From Deltaproteobacteria bacterium (lineage in GTDB: Bacteria; Desulfobacterota_D; UBA1144; Nemesobacterales; UBA2774): a stretch of DNA of 40,062 bases. A model generated the notes under the pieces. The model was not told the DNA's origin. It searched no databases and was given only the letters and a program-made list of their open reading frames with translations. How positions within the stretch are numbered: the stretch's first letter is position 1; every line of letters starts with the position of its first letter. The stretch spans positions 1 through 40,062 of the forward strand of contig JAJCZT010000050.1 in NCBI GenBank assembly GCA_029262255.1. The letters are read 5' to 3'. A program made the position numbers and the translations under genes. This document shows, in pieces, positions 1-9,203 of the stretch.

Positions 1-228
1 GTTGCGTCAGGTGAGCTGCAAGAGACCATGGCGAATTTTAATGAAATATCTGAAATGCTCAGAGGCGGCGAAGGTACTCTTGGAGCGCTTATAATTGACC
101 CCAGCGTTTATGATAATTTAAAAGGGATATTGGGTGAGGCTGACAGGAGCAAATTTGTGCGTGCAGCCGTGAGATATCTTATAGATCAGGAAAAGGTCGA
201 TGGTGCCGGGAATCCCACCGCAAACTAA
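1..228 (+). CDS. MlaD/Mce-family protein, C-terminal fragment (5' end lies upstream of the window)
   Basis: Frame 1 is open from base 1 (VASGELQET precedes the tracked Met at 28). GTLGALIIDPSVYDNLKGIL resembles the conserved stretch after the Mce domain in MlaD-type proteins. Recognised by eye only. Confidence 0.45.
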   Translation, partial: VASGELQETMANFNEISEMLRGGEGTLGALIIDPSVYDNLKGILGEADRSKFVRAAVRYLIDQEKVDGAGNPTAN

Positions 229-294
229 AATTATTTCCTTACAGAGCATTCCTTTTTATTAATCCGTGACAAGAAACTCTTATGATTTAAAAGT

Positions 295-340
295 GAGCGG
301 GTGACGGGATTCGAACCCGCGACCCTAAGCTTGTGAAGCT
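295..340 (-). repeat. 46-nt partial copy of the 3' half of tRNA-Gly (att-like direct repeat of 2786-2831)
   Basis: Hand alignment gives 45 of 46 identical bases between 295-340 and 2786-2831. The single mismatch is T at 334 versus G at 2825, the middle anticodon base. The copy covers the acceptor 3' strand, T-arm, variable loop and the 3' side of the anticodon arm. Similarity stops at both ends and there is no 5' half, so it is not a functional tRNA. Confidence 0.85.
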
Positions 341-486
341 AATTTAATGTGATATAGATTATTATTGATACTCATAGATTCTTAATTGAATTGCCTTTAA
401 TCATTATGTTTATTTAGAATGGGGTTATTTAATACTTACCATTCACAATACATATTTATTTTGTTACTAAAGGGAGCTTTATTGTT

Positions 487-2400
487 ATGATATATAATTA
501 CGATGACATATACAGAATGTCTATAGAGGAACCTGAGAATTTCTGGGCAACTGCAGCGCAAAAAGTGCACTGGTACAAAAAATGGGATGAAATATTGGAT
601 AAATCAAACAAGCCGTTTTACAAGTGGTTTAAGGGAGGTGTAGTAAATACTTGCTACAACGCTCTTGATGTACACGTTGAAAGTGGCAGGGGAGATCAGA
701 CCGCTCTTATCTATGACAGCCCCGTGACTGGAACCATAAAAAAATATACATATAAACAACTTCTGGGCGAGGTTTCACTTTTTGCAGGAGCGCTAACCGA
801 GCTTGGATTAAAGAAAGGGGATACCGCAATTATTTACATGCCCATGATACCGCAGGCTGTAATATCCATGCTAGCATGCTCCAGAATAGGTGCCGTTCAT
901 TCGGTTGTGTTTGGTGGGTTTGCTCCCTCTGAGCTTGCTACACGAATAGACGATGCTAGGCCCAAGCTAATAATATCCGCATCTTACGGAATAGAGGTAA
1001 ATAAAACAATTGAATACAAACCCCTGCTTGATAAAGCAATTGAATTATCTAAATCTAAACCTGACAATGTAATAATTTATCAGCGCCCACAGATAAAAGC
1101 AGAAATGATTCCTGGACGCGACGTGGACTGGTTGGATGCTGTAAATGGTGTAAGTCCTGCGGGATGCAGCCATATGCAAGCTACCGATCCGCTTTACATT
1201 CTTTATACCTCAGGCACCACTGGGATTCCTAAAGGAGTAGTCAGGGACAACGGAGGGCACATCGTCGCCCTTAAATGGAGTATGCAAAACGTGTTTGGAG
1301 TGCAGCCAGGAGAGGTCTTCTGGGCAGCTTCCGATATTGGGTGGGTTGTGGGTCATTCATATATAGTATACGGACCGCTATTTCATGGTTGCACTACAGT
1401 GCTGTATGAAGGCAAACCGGTGAAAACCCCTGACCCTGGAGCATTTTGGAGGGTTATATCTGATCATGATGTTGCCGTGATGTTCACTGCACCCACGGCA
1501 TTTAGAGCTATAAAGAGGGATGATCCAGAAGGCAGTTTTATAAAGAAGTACGATCTGAAGAATTTCCGAACGCTATTTCTTGCAGGTGAAAGATGCGATC
1601 CCGACACTCTTTTATGGGCCGAAAAAAGCCTAGGCGTAAAAATAATAGACAACTGGTGGCTCACAGAGACCGGTTGGCCTGTGGGTGCAAACTGCCTGGG
1701 CCTTGGTGATATGCCTATAAAACCAGGCTCCTGCAGTAAGCCTGTCCCCGGTTACGATATTCATATCATTGGCGACGATGGAAACAGGATGAAAACATGT
1801 AACATAGGAAACATAACCATAAAACTTCCCCTGCCTCCGGGCTGTATGACGACGCTTTGGAACAACAATGAACACTTCATTAAAACTTATTTGGATAAAT
1901 ACCCGGGATATTTTGAAACCGGGGATGCAGGTTACATAGATGAGGATGGATACCTATGGATCATGAGCCGTACAGATGACATAATAAATGTAGCAGGACA
2001 CAGGCTTTCAACAGGAGAGATGGAAGAAATCCTGTCTTCACACAAAGACGTGGCTGAATGTGCTGTTATAGGCATTGCAGACGAACTAAAGGGCGAATTG
2101 CCTCTTGGTTTAATCGTACTGAAATCGGGAGTAGACCGAATCAATGCCGACATTACTGATGAACTTATCCAGTTGATAAGGGAAAGGATAGGACCCGTTG
2201 CTTCTTTTAAGATCGCAGCAGTTGTGAACAGACTTCCTAAAACACGTTCCGGTAAAGTACTTAGGGGAACGATGAAAAAAATTGCAGATGGAATCGAATA
2301 CAGGATACCCGCAACCATAGATGACCCGCAAATACTGCAGCATATAACTGAAGTGCTACAGAACCTTGCAGAAATTAGAAAACATTCCAGGAGAGATTAA
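487..2400 (+). CDS. prpE: AMP-forming acyl-CoA synthetase, propionate--CoA ligase-like
   Basis: 637-aa ORF with AGGGAG 10 nt upstream of the ATG. It has the AMP-binding motif YTSGTTGIPKG, ASDIGWVVGHSYIVYGPL, the hinge TDDIINVAGHRLST and C-terminal PKTRSGKVLR. End-to-end resemblance to the PrpE/ACSS3 branch of the acetyl-CoA synthetase family, from memory. Substrate is not determinable. Confidence 0.75.
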   Translation: MIYNYDDIYRMSIEEPENFWATAAQKVHWYKKWDEILDKSNKPFYKWFKGGVVNTCYNALDVHVESGRGDQTALIYDSPVTGTIKKYTYKQLLGEVSLFAGALTELGLKKGDTAIIYMPMIPQAVISMLACSRIGAVHSVVFGGFAPSELATRIDDARPKLIISASYGIEVNKTIEYKPLLDKAIELSKSKPDNVIIYQRPQIKAEMIPGRDVDWLDAVNGVSPAGCSHMQATDPLYILYTSGTTGIPKGVVRDNGGHIVALKWSMQNVFGVQPGEVFWAASDIGWVVGHSYIVYGPLFHGCTTVLYEGKPVKTPDPGAFWRVISDHDVAVMFTAPTAFRAIKRDDPEGSFIKKYDLKNFRTLFLAGERCDPDTLLWAEKSLGVKIIDNWWLTETGWPVGANCLGLGDMPIKPGSCSKPVPGYDIHIIGDDGNRMKTCNIGNITIKLPLPPGCMTTLWNNNEHFIKTYLDKYPGYFETGDAGYIDEDGYLWIMSRTDDIINVAGHRLSTGEMEEILSSHKDVAECAVIGIADELKGELPLGLIVLKSGVDRINADITDELIQLIRERIGPVASFKIAAVVNRLPKTRSGKVLRGTMKKIADGIEYRIPATIDDPQILQHITEVLQNLAEIRKHSRRD

Positions 2401-2783
2401 TTTTCCCACAGAATGTGAAGGAAAATGTACAAATGCTGATCCTGCTTTTGGGGATGGCTTTTTCTGCAAATGAGATATGCCCTAAGGGAATCTTTATGAA
2501 TCGATGACACAGTCAGAAAAATCTTAGAAATTTTGATGATATCAATAACCTTCTCCCTGTACTAAGTCCCATCATGCTTACGTTATGCTCTCAATACCAC
2601 CAATTTTTTACTAGTATTAGGAAGACTATTTAGCTTCGAAGGTGTGCTTAGAGTGTTTGCTCTCTTTTTTTGTTTGGTTTTTGTTTTCACTATCCCAACT
2701 TAAATCGCTCTTGTCTCTTCTTTACGATTGTTCGGAAGACTAATAAACGCCCCATAATTCATCATAATCATTAGGAAAGTTAA

Positions 2784-2860
2784 TGGAGCGGGTGACGGGA
2801 TTCGAACCCGCGACCCTAAGCTTGGGAAGCTTATGCTCTAGCCAGCTGAGCTACACCCGC
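2784..2860 (-). tRNA. tRNA-Gly (anticodon CCC), CCA encoded
   Basis: The reverse complement reads GCGGGTG TA GCTC AGCTGGCTA GAGC A TAAGC TTCCCAA GCTTA GGGTC GCGGG TTCGAAT CCCGT CACCCGC T CCA. This folds into a full cloverleaf with a 7-bp acceptor stem, TTCGAAT T-loop, anticodon loop TT-CCC-AA and discriminator U, as expected for bacterial tRNA-Gly. Confidence 0.9.
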
Positions 2861-2871
2861 ATCTGAGAAGA

Positions 2872-2900
2872 AATCTAGTATAATCTTAAATGGAAGTCAA
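2872..2900 (-). promoter_or_regulatory. Candidate sigma70-type promoter for tRNA-Gly
   Basis: On the minus strand, TTGACT (2900-2895), a 17-nt spacer and TAGATT (2877-2872) end about 11 nt upstream of the tRNA 5' end at 2860. Pattern match only. Confidence 0.3.
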
Positions 2901-2953
2901 TTAAACTTGAGATTCAGTTAATTTGTGCCACTTTACAGGATATAATAATCTCT

Positions 2954-3850
2954 GTGAATGAGAGTAGAAAAACAGGACACCTTCTTACCGAGAAAATAAA
3001 CCCACGTACAACTCATTTGGACGAGTGCTCGCCTCTTGAGGTAGTTGAACTTATATTGCAAGAGGACAGGGCAATTATTGAAGCGGTTCATAAACAGAAA
3101 AATAGTATCGCAAAGGCTGTGGAACTTGTTACCGACAAGTTAAAGCTCGGAGGGCGCTTGTTTTTTATTGGCGCAGGCACCAGCGGGCGTTTGGGCGTGA
3201 TAGAGGCGGCAGAGTGCCCGCCTACATTTGGCACGGACGCCTCAATGATTCAAGGCTTTATTGCGGGAGGAAGGGAAGCCATATGGCAATCGATTGAGGG
3301 CGCTGAGGATTCAAGGACCCAAGCCCAAGGGGTACTTGCAGAGGCCGGGTTAAGTAAAGACGACGTTGTAGTTGGTATAGCGGCAAGCGCTACGACACCT
3401 TTTGTTGAAGGCGGGTTATTGTATGCAAAGAACAAAGGAAGCGGCTCAGTTTTGGTCACATGCAATCCGGTTGATTCCCCGATTGCGGAGGTGACTATAC
3501 AGCTCTTGGTAGGCCCGGAGGTCGTAGTCGGCTCTACCAGGATGAAGGCGGGCACGGTAACAAAGATGGTTTTAAATATGATAACTACAGCTTCTATGGT
3601 ACAGCTAGGTAAAACATATGGGAACCTTATGGTTGATGTCCGTCCGAAGTCTGCCAAACTAAGAGACAGAGCTAAGCGCATTGTTATGCATATAGCGGGT
3701 GTTAATGAGGAGAAAGCCGGCGAATTGCTTGAGAGATCCGGCTGGGATGTAAAAGCGTCAATTGTTATGGAATTAAAGAGCTTGAGCTTAGATGACGCTA
3801 AAGAACTGCTAGAGAATCATAATGGGTTTTTACGCGAGGCGCTTAAGTAG
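2954..3850 (+). CDS. murQ: N-acetylmuramic acid 6-phosphate etherase
   Basis: 298 aa with a SIS-domain signature FFIGAGTSGRLGVIEAAECPPTFG, an N-terminal LLTEKINPRT..LD..SPLEVV pattern and GSTRMKAGT, as in MurQ. GTG start at 2954 with no clear SD, so the start is uncertain by a few codons. Confidence 0.85.
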   Translation: MNESRKTGHLLTEKINPRTTHLDECSPLEVVELILQEDRAIIEAVHKQKNSIAKAVELVTDKLKLGGRLFFIGAGTSGRLGVIEAAECPPTFGTDASMIQGFIAGGREAIWQSIEGAEDSRTQAQGVLAEAGLSKDDVVVGIAASATTPFVEGGLLYAKNKGSGSVLVTCNPVDSPIAEVTIQLLVGPEVVVGSTRMKAGTVTKMVLNMITTASMVQLGKTYGNLMVDVRPKSAKLRDRAKRIVMHIAGVNEEKAGELLERSGWDVKASIVMELKSLSLDDAKELLENHNGFLREALK

Positions 3851-3871
3851 TTATAGACTACTTCTACAATT

Positions 3872-5053
3872 ATGACAGTCGATCTGAAATCTCTAATTGA
3901 TAAGAATGATAAGTTAGTAGTCGGTTTAATGTCGGGCACGTCTAAGGACGGCGTTGACGCCGCTTTGGTTAAGTTAAGCGGAAAAGGATTAAATACTGAT
4001 ATAGAGCTGGTGAAGTTCATCTGCGTTGAATACGAAGCGGATGTACGCAGCAGGTTAGATAATTTAGCAAGTAAATGCTCCCTTAAAGAAATTTCAGAGC
4101 TTAATTTCCTTATAGGAAATGAGTTTGCTAAAGCGGCGCTCGAAGTGATTGATAAAGCTGGAGTAAGTCCTTTGGATGTGAATTTAATCGCCTCTCACGG
4201 CCAGACTGTCTTTCACAACCCCCCTTCTTATAAGGACGGTACGCCTTGTACGCTTCAGATAGGTGAAATTGATGTAATCGCAGAGAAAACCGGAATTACT
4301 ACGGTTGGCGATTTTAGGACCCGTGATATCGCGGCGGGCGGAGAGGCGGCGCCCCTCGTCCCATATCTTGATTACCTTCTATTTGGAAAAAAGGGCACGG
4401 TTTCCATAGCTCAGAATATTGGCGGTATAGCAAACGCGACTGTGGTGACAGAGAATATCGATGATTTAATTGCGTTTGATACCGGGCCCGGAAATATGCT
4501 GATGGATGGGGTTGTAAAGTTAGCTACGGGCGGAAAAGAAAAATACGATAAAGATGGGCAATTGGCTTTGGCAGGAGAGGTTAATAAAGAACTTTTAGAT
4601 AAACTCTTGTCCGACCCTTATTATAGAAAACCCCCTCCAAAGTCCGCCGGAGAAGAACTCTTTGGGCAGGAAATGTCGGCCACACTGTACTCTTATATAG
4701 AAAACGAGATGCTCTCGCTCCAAGATTTGATGGCGACGCTTTTGATGCTGACCGTAGAGTCGATTGTATCTTCATATCAGAATTTTATTTTCCCGAACTG
4801 GGATATAGATGAAGTTATATTTAGCGGCGGAGGGTGTCATAATCCACAATTGATGGAGAGGATAAAGGCTAAATTGCCCGCACTAAAATGTACGACTTCC
4901 GATGATTATGGAATCCCTGCCGATGCTAAAGAAGCTGTAGCATTTGCGGTACTGGCAAACGAATTGATTTCTGGAAATACAACAAACCTTCCGAGAGTTA
5001 CAGGAGCACAGAGAAGAGTTCCTATGGGCAAGATTGCTTTGGGAAGACCGTAA
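3872..5053 (+). CDS. anmK: Anhydro-N-acetylmuramic acid kinase
   Basis: 393 aa. N-terminal VVGLMSGTSKDGVDAALV, NIGGIAN, FDTGPGN and a C-terminal GG..N motif are typical of AnmK. It follows murQ after a 21-nt gap. Confidence 0.85.
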   Translation: MTVDLKSLIDKNDKLVVGLMSGTSKDGVDAALVKLSGKGLNTDIELVKFICVEYEADVRSRLDNLASKCSLKEISELNFLIGNEFAKAALEVIDKAGVSPLDVNLIASHGQTVFHNPPSYKDGTPCTLQIGEIDVIAEKTGITTVGDFRTRDIAAGGEAAPLVPYLDYLLFGKKGTVSIAQNIGGIANATVVTENIDDLIAFDTGPGNMLMDGVVKLATGGKEKYDKDGQLALAGEVNKELLDKLLSDPYYRKPPPKSAGEELFGQEMSATLYSYIENEMLSLQDLMATLLMLTVESIVSSYQNFIFPNWDIDEVIFSGGGCHNPQLMERIKAKLPALKCTTSDDYGIPADAKEAVAFAVLANELISGNTTNLPRVTGAQRRVPMGKIALGRP

Positions 5054-5086
5054 CCATAATTCAGAAATTTGTCCCTAAAAAACATT

Positions 5087-6613
5087 ATGAGCAAATTGGA
5101 TATTAACAAGCTAGATATAGCTCAAAAAATCGGCCAGGTGATAATGCCGAGGATAGATTTTAACGACCCGAATTCCCTACCCCTGGCAAGAAGGCTTGTG
5201 AAGGAATGCGAGGTAGGAGGATTCATAATTTTCAACGGCGAGAGGAATATTGTCACAGAGGCAACCCGGGAGCTTCAAGCTGTTAGTGAGATTCCTCTTC
5301 TTTTCGGTTGTGATGCCGAGAGGGGTTTGGGACAGATAGTGTCCGGTACGACACTTTTTCCATTTGCCATGTCTCTTGGTGCGGCCCGTGATGAGGAGCT
5401 TGTTTACAATCAGGCACGTTTTATAGCCCGGGAAATGAAGCAGTGCGGGCTCAATTTACTCTTTGCACCTGTTTCGGATGTAAATTCCAATCCTGATAAT
5501 CCGATTATTAACATCCGTTCATATGGAGATGATCCTGAGCTTGTATCACGTCTATGCGTTTCGTTTATTAAAGGTTGTCAGGAAGGGGGAGTTTTAGCTT
5601 GCGCAAAGCACTTTCCCGGGCACGGCCGTACCGGAGTTGATTCGCATGTGGATTTGCCCGTATTAAGTACGAGTAAGGAAATACTACTAAATAGCGACTT
5701 AATCCCGTTTGAGGAGTCCATAGAGGCCGGTGTAGCCTCGATTATGACGGCACATGTAGCTTTCCCCGAAATTGGGGATGGGAATGCTGTAACGATCTCA
5801 AAAGGGCTTGTTTCAGATTTGCTACGTGATGAGATGGGATATCAGGGGTTAATTATTACCGACTCATTACATATGGAGGGGATTATAAAACTGGGGGATG
5901 AAGGGGATATCTCAAGTCAAGCTCTAAATGCGGGCTGTGACATAATACTCGATCCGAAGGATCCGTTTAAATTAATTCGAAACCTCAGTAATTCGTCAAA
6001 CGTAGAGCTTGATGAAAGTAGCCTGAATCCGAGTGTTGAGAGAATAATATCGGTTAAGAACAAATGGCTTACTCCAGACGGTACCAGTGATTCAAAAATC
6101 TTAGAGCAAGGTACAAAACTAAGAGAGCAGATTGCCAGGCGGTCGGTTTGTATTGTAAGAGGAGGCGTGCTTAAATCGAAAAAAGCGCGCGTCTATACTT
6201 TTGATGTAACTCAGTCGGATATAGACATATCGAGCGTATTTAATAAACGTTTAGAAGAAACAGGAGTAAGCTCGGAAAAGGTATTAATTTTTCTTAACAG
6301 CAATGGGGAACCTGTAACAGATAATATTTTTGATGATACCGCGATAATCTGTCTTGTTTACACATCTGTCGGAGCCTGGAAAAAGCAATCCTTTTTGCCG
6401 GATTATTTCAAGGATATTTTGACCAAACTGGAGTCTGTATCTAAGGAGACAGTCCTTATCTCTTTTGGCTCTCCATACGTAGTTCAGGATTTTGGTAATT
6501 TTAAAACCGTTATATGTAGTTTTGATTCGCTAAGTGAATGCCAAACGGCGGCGGCTGATGTCCTTTTAGGCGAACTAGAGGCAAAGGGACGCCTGCCTGT
6601 AAGTCTGGGCTAA
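5087..6613 (+). CDS. nagZ: GH3 beta-N-acetylhexosaminidase (NagZ-like) with an additional C-terminal domain
   Basis: GH3 hallmarks are present: KHFPGHGRTGVDSHVDLP and GLIITDSLHMEG (nucleophile region). About 170 extra C-terminal residues resemble two-domain NagZ enzymes. The track starts at TTG 5069. ATG 5087 (MSKLD...) is the more likely start. Confidence 0.7.
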   Translation: MSKLDINKLDIAQKIGQVIMPRIDFNDPNSLPLARRLVKECEVGGFIIFNGERNIVTEATRELQAVSEIPLLFGCDAERGLGQIVSGTTLFPFAMSLGAARDEELVYNQARFIAREMKQCGLNLLFAPVSDVNSNPDNPIINIRSYGDDPELVSRLCVSFIKGCQEGGVLACAKHFPGHGRTGVDSHVDLPVLSTSKEILLNSDLIPFEESIEAGVASIMTAHVAFPEIGDGNAVTISKGLVSDLLRDEMGYQGLIITDSLHMEGIIKLGDEGDISSQALNAGCDIILDPKDPFKLIRNLSNSSNVELDESSLNPSVERIISVKNKWLTPDGTSDSKILEQGTKLREQIARRSVCIVRGGVLKSKKARVYTFDVTQSDIDISSVFNKRLEETGVSSEKVLIFLNSNGEPVTDNIFDDTAIICLVYTSVGAWKKQSFLPDYFKDILTKLESVSKETVLISFGSPYVVQDFGNFKTVICSFDSLSECQTAAADVLLGELEAKGRLPVSLG

Positions 6614-6725
6614 GAACTGAGCCGGTTTAATAACTCTCACAAAAATTACACCATGCTATAAATGTCATTTTACACTTCTAAAAGAACTATTTTGTTAAAT
6701 CCGCGTCAGGTAAATTACAATTTCA

Positions 6726-8498
6726 ATGCCCCAATCAATAGAGACCGCTCTATCTGCGCTTAGTCCGCTGGATTGGGCTATAGTCGCCGCATATCTCATT
6801 TTGTCGCTTGCAATAGGTATTTATTTTACAAAACGCGCGAGCGGCAGCATGTCTTCTTATTTTGTTTCAGGACGCAGTCTGCCCTGGTGGATATTAGGCA
6901 CGTCAATGGTTGCTACGACTTTTGCCGCCGACACGCCTTTGGCGGTAACCGGCTGGATACGGACAGAGGGGATATGGAAAAACTGGTTCTGGTGGAACTA
7001 CCTTTTCAGCCATGTATTTATCGTTCTTGTTTTCGCGAGGCTTTGGCGAAGGGCTGAAGTTATAACTGACAACGAGCTTATTGAGATTCGCTACAGTGGA
7101 AAACCGGCGGCATTTCTCAGAGGATTTAAAGCCTTTTATTTCTCGACCCTATTTAATTTTATAGTCATGGGGTGGGTTATTAGCGCAATGGCCAAGGTTT
7201 TTAAGGTCTTCTTCGGAGTTGATACCACTATTGCAATCGTGATCTGTATTTCTATTGCCTTTTTTTATACGATGATGTCGGGTCTTTGGGGGGTTGCCCT
7301 TACAGATTTTCTTCAATACTTCGTTGCCCTTTTTGGGACGATTATTCTAGCATGGGTTGTAATAGGCTCACCCGAAATTGGGGGATTCTCAGGCTTTATA
7401 GATAAGATTGGCAATATTGATGAGAAACATATTTCATTTTTTATGACCCCTTCGGGAGGGGAGCCGGTAAGTGCGGGATTTTGGGACTCAAGCTTCTTCG
7501 CGTTTCTTGTGTATATAAGCATTATCTGGTGGTCTTCTCATAATGCGGACGGCGGAGGGTATTTCATACAAAGGATAAACTCTGCCAAAAACGAGCGTCA
7601 TGCGGTATTAGGCACTGCCTGGTTCGCAATTAACCACTACATACTCCGTCTCTGGCCATGGATTTTAGTAGCCTTGGCTTCACTCATTATCTATCCGCGA
7701 GTTCAGGATTACGGCGGGGATAATGAAGCAATGTATATAGTAGTTATACGGGACTTTTTGGGGCCGGGCTTAAAGGGGCTCTTGTTTGTAAGCTTTCTAG
7801 CAGCTTTTATGTCCACACTATCAACCCAGCTTAATTGGGGCGCCTCTTATCTGATGAACGATATTTATAGGCGTTTTATAAAGAAGGACGCTACAGAGGG
7901 CCATTATATATTAATTGCGAGATTATGTACCCTAGTTTTGACAGTTCTGGCGGGATATTTTGCGTTCTATATAACCAATATCGGAAAAGCATGGATATTT
8001 CTCTGGGCTATGAGCGCCGGGGTGGGATTGGTTCTTATACTAAGGTGGTTCTGGTGGAGAATAAACGCGTGGTCCGAAATATCCGCTTTAGCCGCTTCAC
8101 TTTTAACTATATTAGTCTTAGTTATATATACGAAGTCAAATGGCGAGTCTCTGGAGTTAAAGCATCAGATAATTGTCATCCCGGTTTCTATAATAACCTG
8201 GGTTGTTGTTACTTTTTTGACAAAACCCGAGCCAAATGATACGCTCGGCGAATTTTATAAAAGAGTGCGTCCCTGGGGCTGGTGGAAACCTGCAAGCGAA
8301 ATACATCCTGAGATTGTACGCCCCCAGTTTATGCCGGTAATTTATAATTGGCTCCTCGGGGTTAGCTTTCTTTTCTTTGGGATGATCGGGGTGGGGAAAA
8401 TGCTCTTGAGTAATTATTTCTTCGGTACGATTTGCTTAACCATTTCTGTAATTTCCGGTGTTCTAGTTTATAGAAGAATGAGGGACGAGCTTAGATAA
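6726..8498 (+). CDS. Sodium:solute symporter (SSS) family transporter
   Basis: 590 aa and polytopic, with at least 12 hydrophobic segments. The N-terminal pattern YFVSGRSLPWWILGTSMVATTFAADTPLAVTG is typical of SSS/PutP-like carriers. Co-directional with murQ-anmK-nagZ after a 112-nt gap. Confidence 0.75.
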   Translation: MPQSIETALSALSPLDWAIVAAYLILSLAIGIYFTKRASGSMSSYFVSGRSLPWWILGTSMVATTFAADTPLAVTGWIRTEGIWKNWFWWNYLFSHVFIVLVFARLWRRAEVITDNELIEIRYSGKPAAFLRGFKAFYFSTLFNFIVMGWVISAMAKVFKVFFGVDTTIAIVICISIAFFYTMMSGLWGVALTDFLQYFVALFGTIILAWVVIGSPEIGGFSGFIDKIGNIDEKHISFFMTPSGGEPVSAGFWDSSFFAFLVYISIIWWSSHNADGGGYFIQRINSAKNERHAVLGTAWFAINHYILRLWPWILVALASLIIYPRVQDYGGDNEAMYIVVIRDFLGPGLKGLLFVSFLAAFMSTLSTQLNWGASYLMNDIYRRFIKKDATEGHYILIARLCTLVLTVLAGYFAFYITNIGKAWIFLWAMSAGVGLVLILRWFWWRINAWSEISALAASLLTILVLVIYTKSNGESLELKHQIIVIPVSIITWVVVTFLTKPEPNDTLGEFYKRVRPWGWWKPASEIHPEIVRPQFMPVIYNWLLGVSFLFFGMIGVGKMLLSNYFFGTICLTISVISGVLVYRRMRDELR

Positions 8499-8576
8499 AG
8501 ATAATAAACTTTTTATACTTTCAAAATAGTCTGATTATGTTATAACTTATTGGAGTATTGCGTAGGGCTAATAAAT

Positions 8577-9203
8577 ATGACTATAAAAATAAAAGTACTA
8601 AAACACCCCGAGCTGACTTGGTATGAGAAGCTGTACTTTCCTCAAATATTAGGTGGTCTCTTCTTAACTATAAAGCATTTGATCCGCTATAGGCCGATTA
8701 CCGTCCAATATCCTGAAGAGGTAAAAGAGCTCCCCGAAAGATACAGGGGAATTCATGTGATGCCGGCCGATGATCAAGGGGAGATAAGATGTGTTGCGTG
8801 CAAGCTTTGTGAAGTTGCCTGTCCTACACAGGCGATATCTATTGTTGCCGAGCCTGCGGATGATTACGGGATTGAGAGAAGACCCAAAGTTTATAACATT
8901 GATTTTATGAGATGTGTGTTTTGCGGTTTTTGTACAGAAGCCTGCCCATGTGATGCCCTCAGGATGGGAATGAAGTATGAACTTGCATCCTATAACAGAG
9001 CCGGGTTGGTACACACGAAAGAGGTTTTCTTTGACCCGAACGTTAAAAGCCATGCCCCAAGAGATAACGCTAACTTCCTCTATGAAATGGGTAAGGGTGA
9101 GAATTTAGACAATCCCGAGGAAATTGATAAAGTGAAAAAACTTACCGGTACCTATACCGAGTCTCACTCTGCTGCTAACTCCCTCAATTCCCCAAGATCT
9201 TAG
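8577..9203 (+). CDS. nuoI: NuoI-type 2x[4Fe-4S] subunit (NADH-quinone oxidoreductase subunit I homologue), stand-alone
   Basis: Two ferredoxin motifs, CVACKLCEVACP and CVFCGFCTEACP, are flanked by the NuoI-specific context ITVQYPEE..LPERYRGIHV and YNIDFMRC. ATG 8577 is preferred over the tracked TTG 8550. No other nuo gene is in the window. Confidence 0.7.
   Translation: MTIKIKVLKHPELTWYEKLYFPQILGGLFLTIKHLIRYRPITVQYPEEVKELPERYRGIHVMPADDQGEIRCVACKLCEVACPTQAISIVAEPADDYGIERRPKVYNIDFMRCVFCGFCTEACPCDALRMGMKYELASYNRAGLVHTKEVFFDPNVKSHAPRDNANFLYEMGKGENLDNPEEIDKVKKLTGTYTESHSAANSLNSPRS

Noticed and set aside
2401-2427. Hairpin after the prpE stop (TTTTCCCACA gaa TGTG-aa-GGAAAA)
   Set aside because: The stem is AT-rich and bulged and is not followed by a U-tract. 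That is not enough to call a terminator.
2401-2783. Possible degraded integrase gene next to tRNA-Gly
   Set aside because: I translated both strands by hand and found only short frames (23-35 codons), with no recombinase motif such as H-x-x-R or a catalytic Tyr context. The idea remains open but is unsupported without a blastx search.
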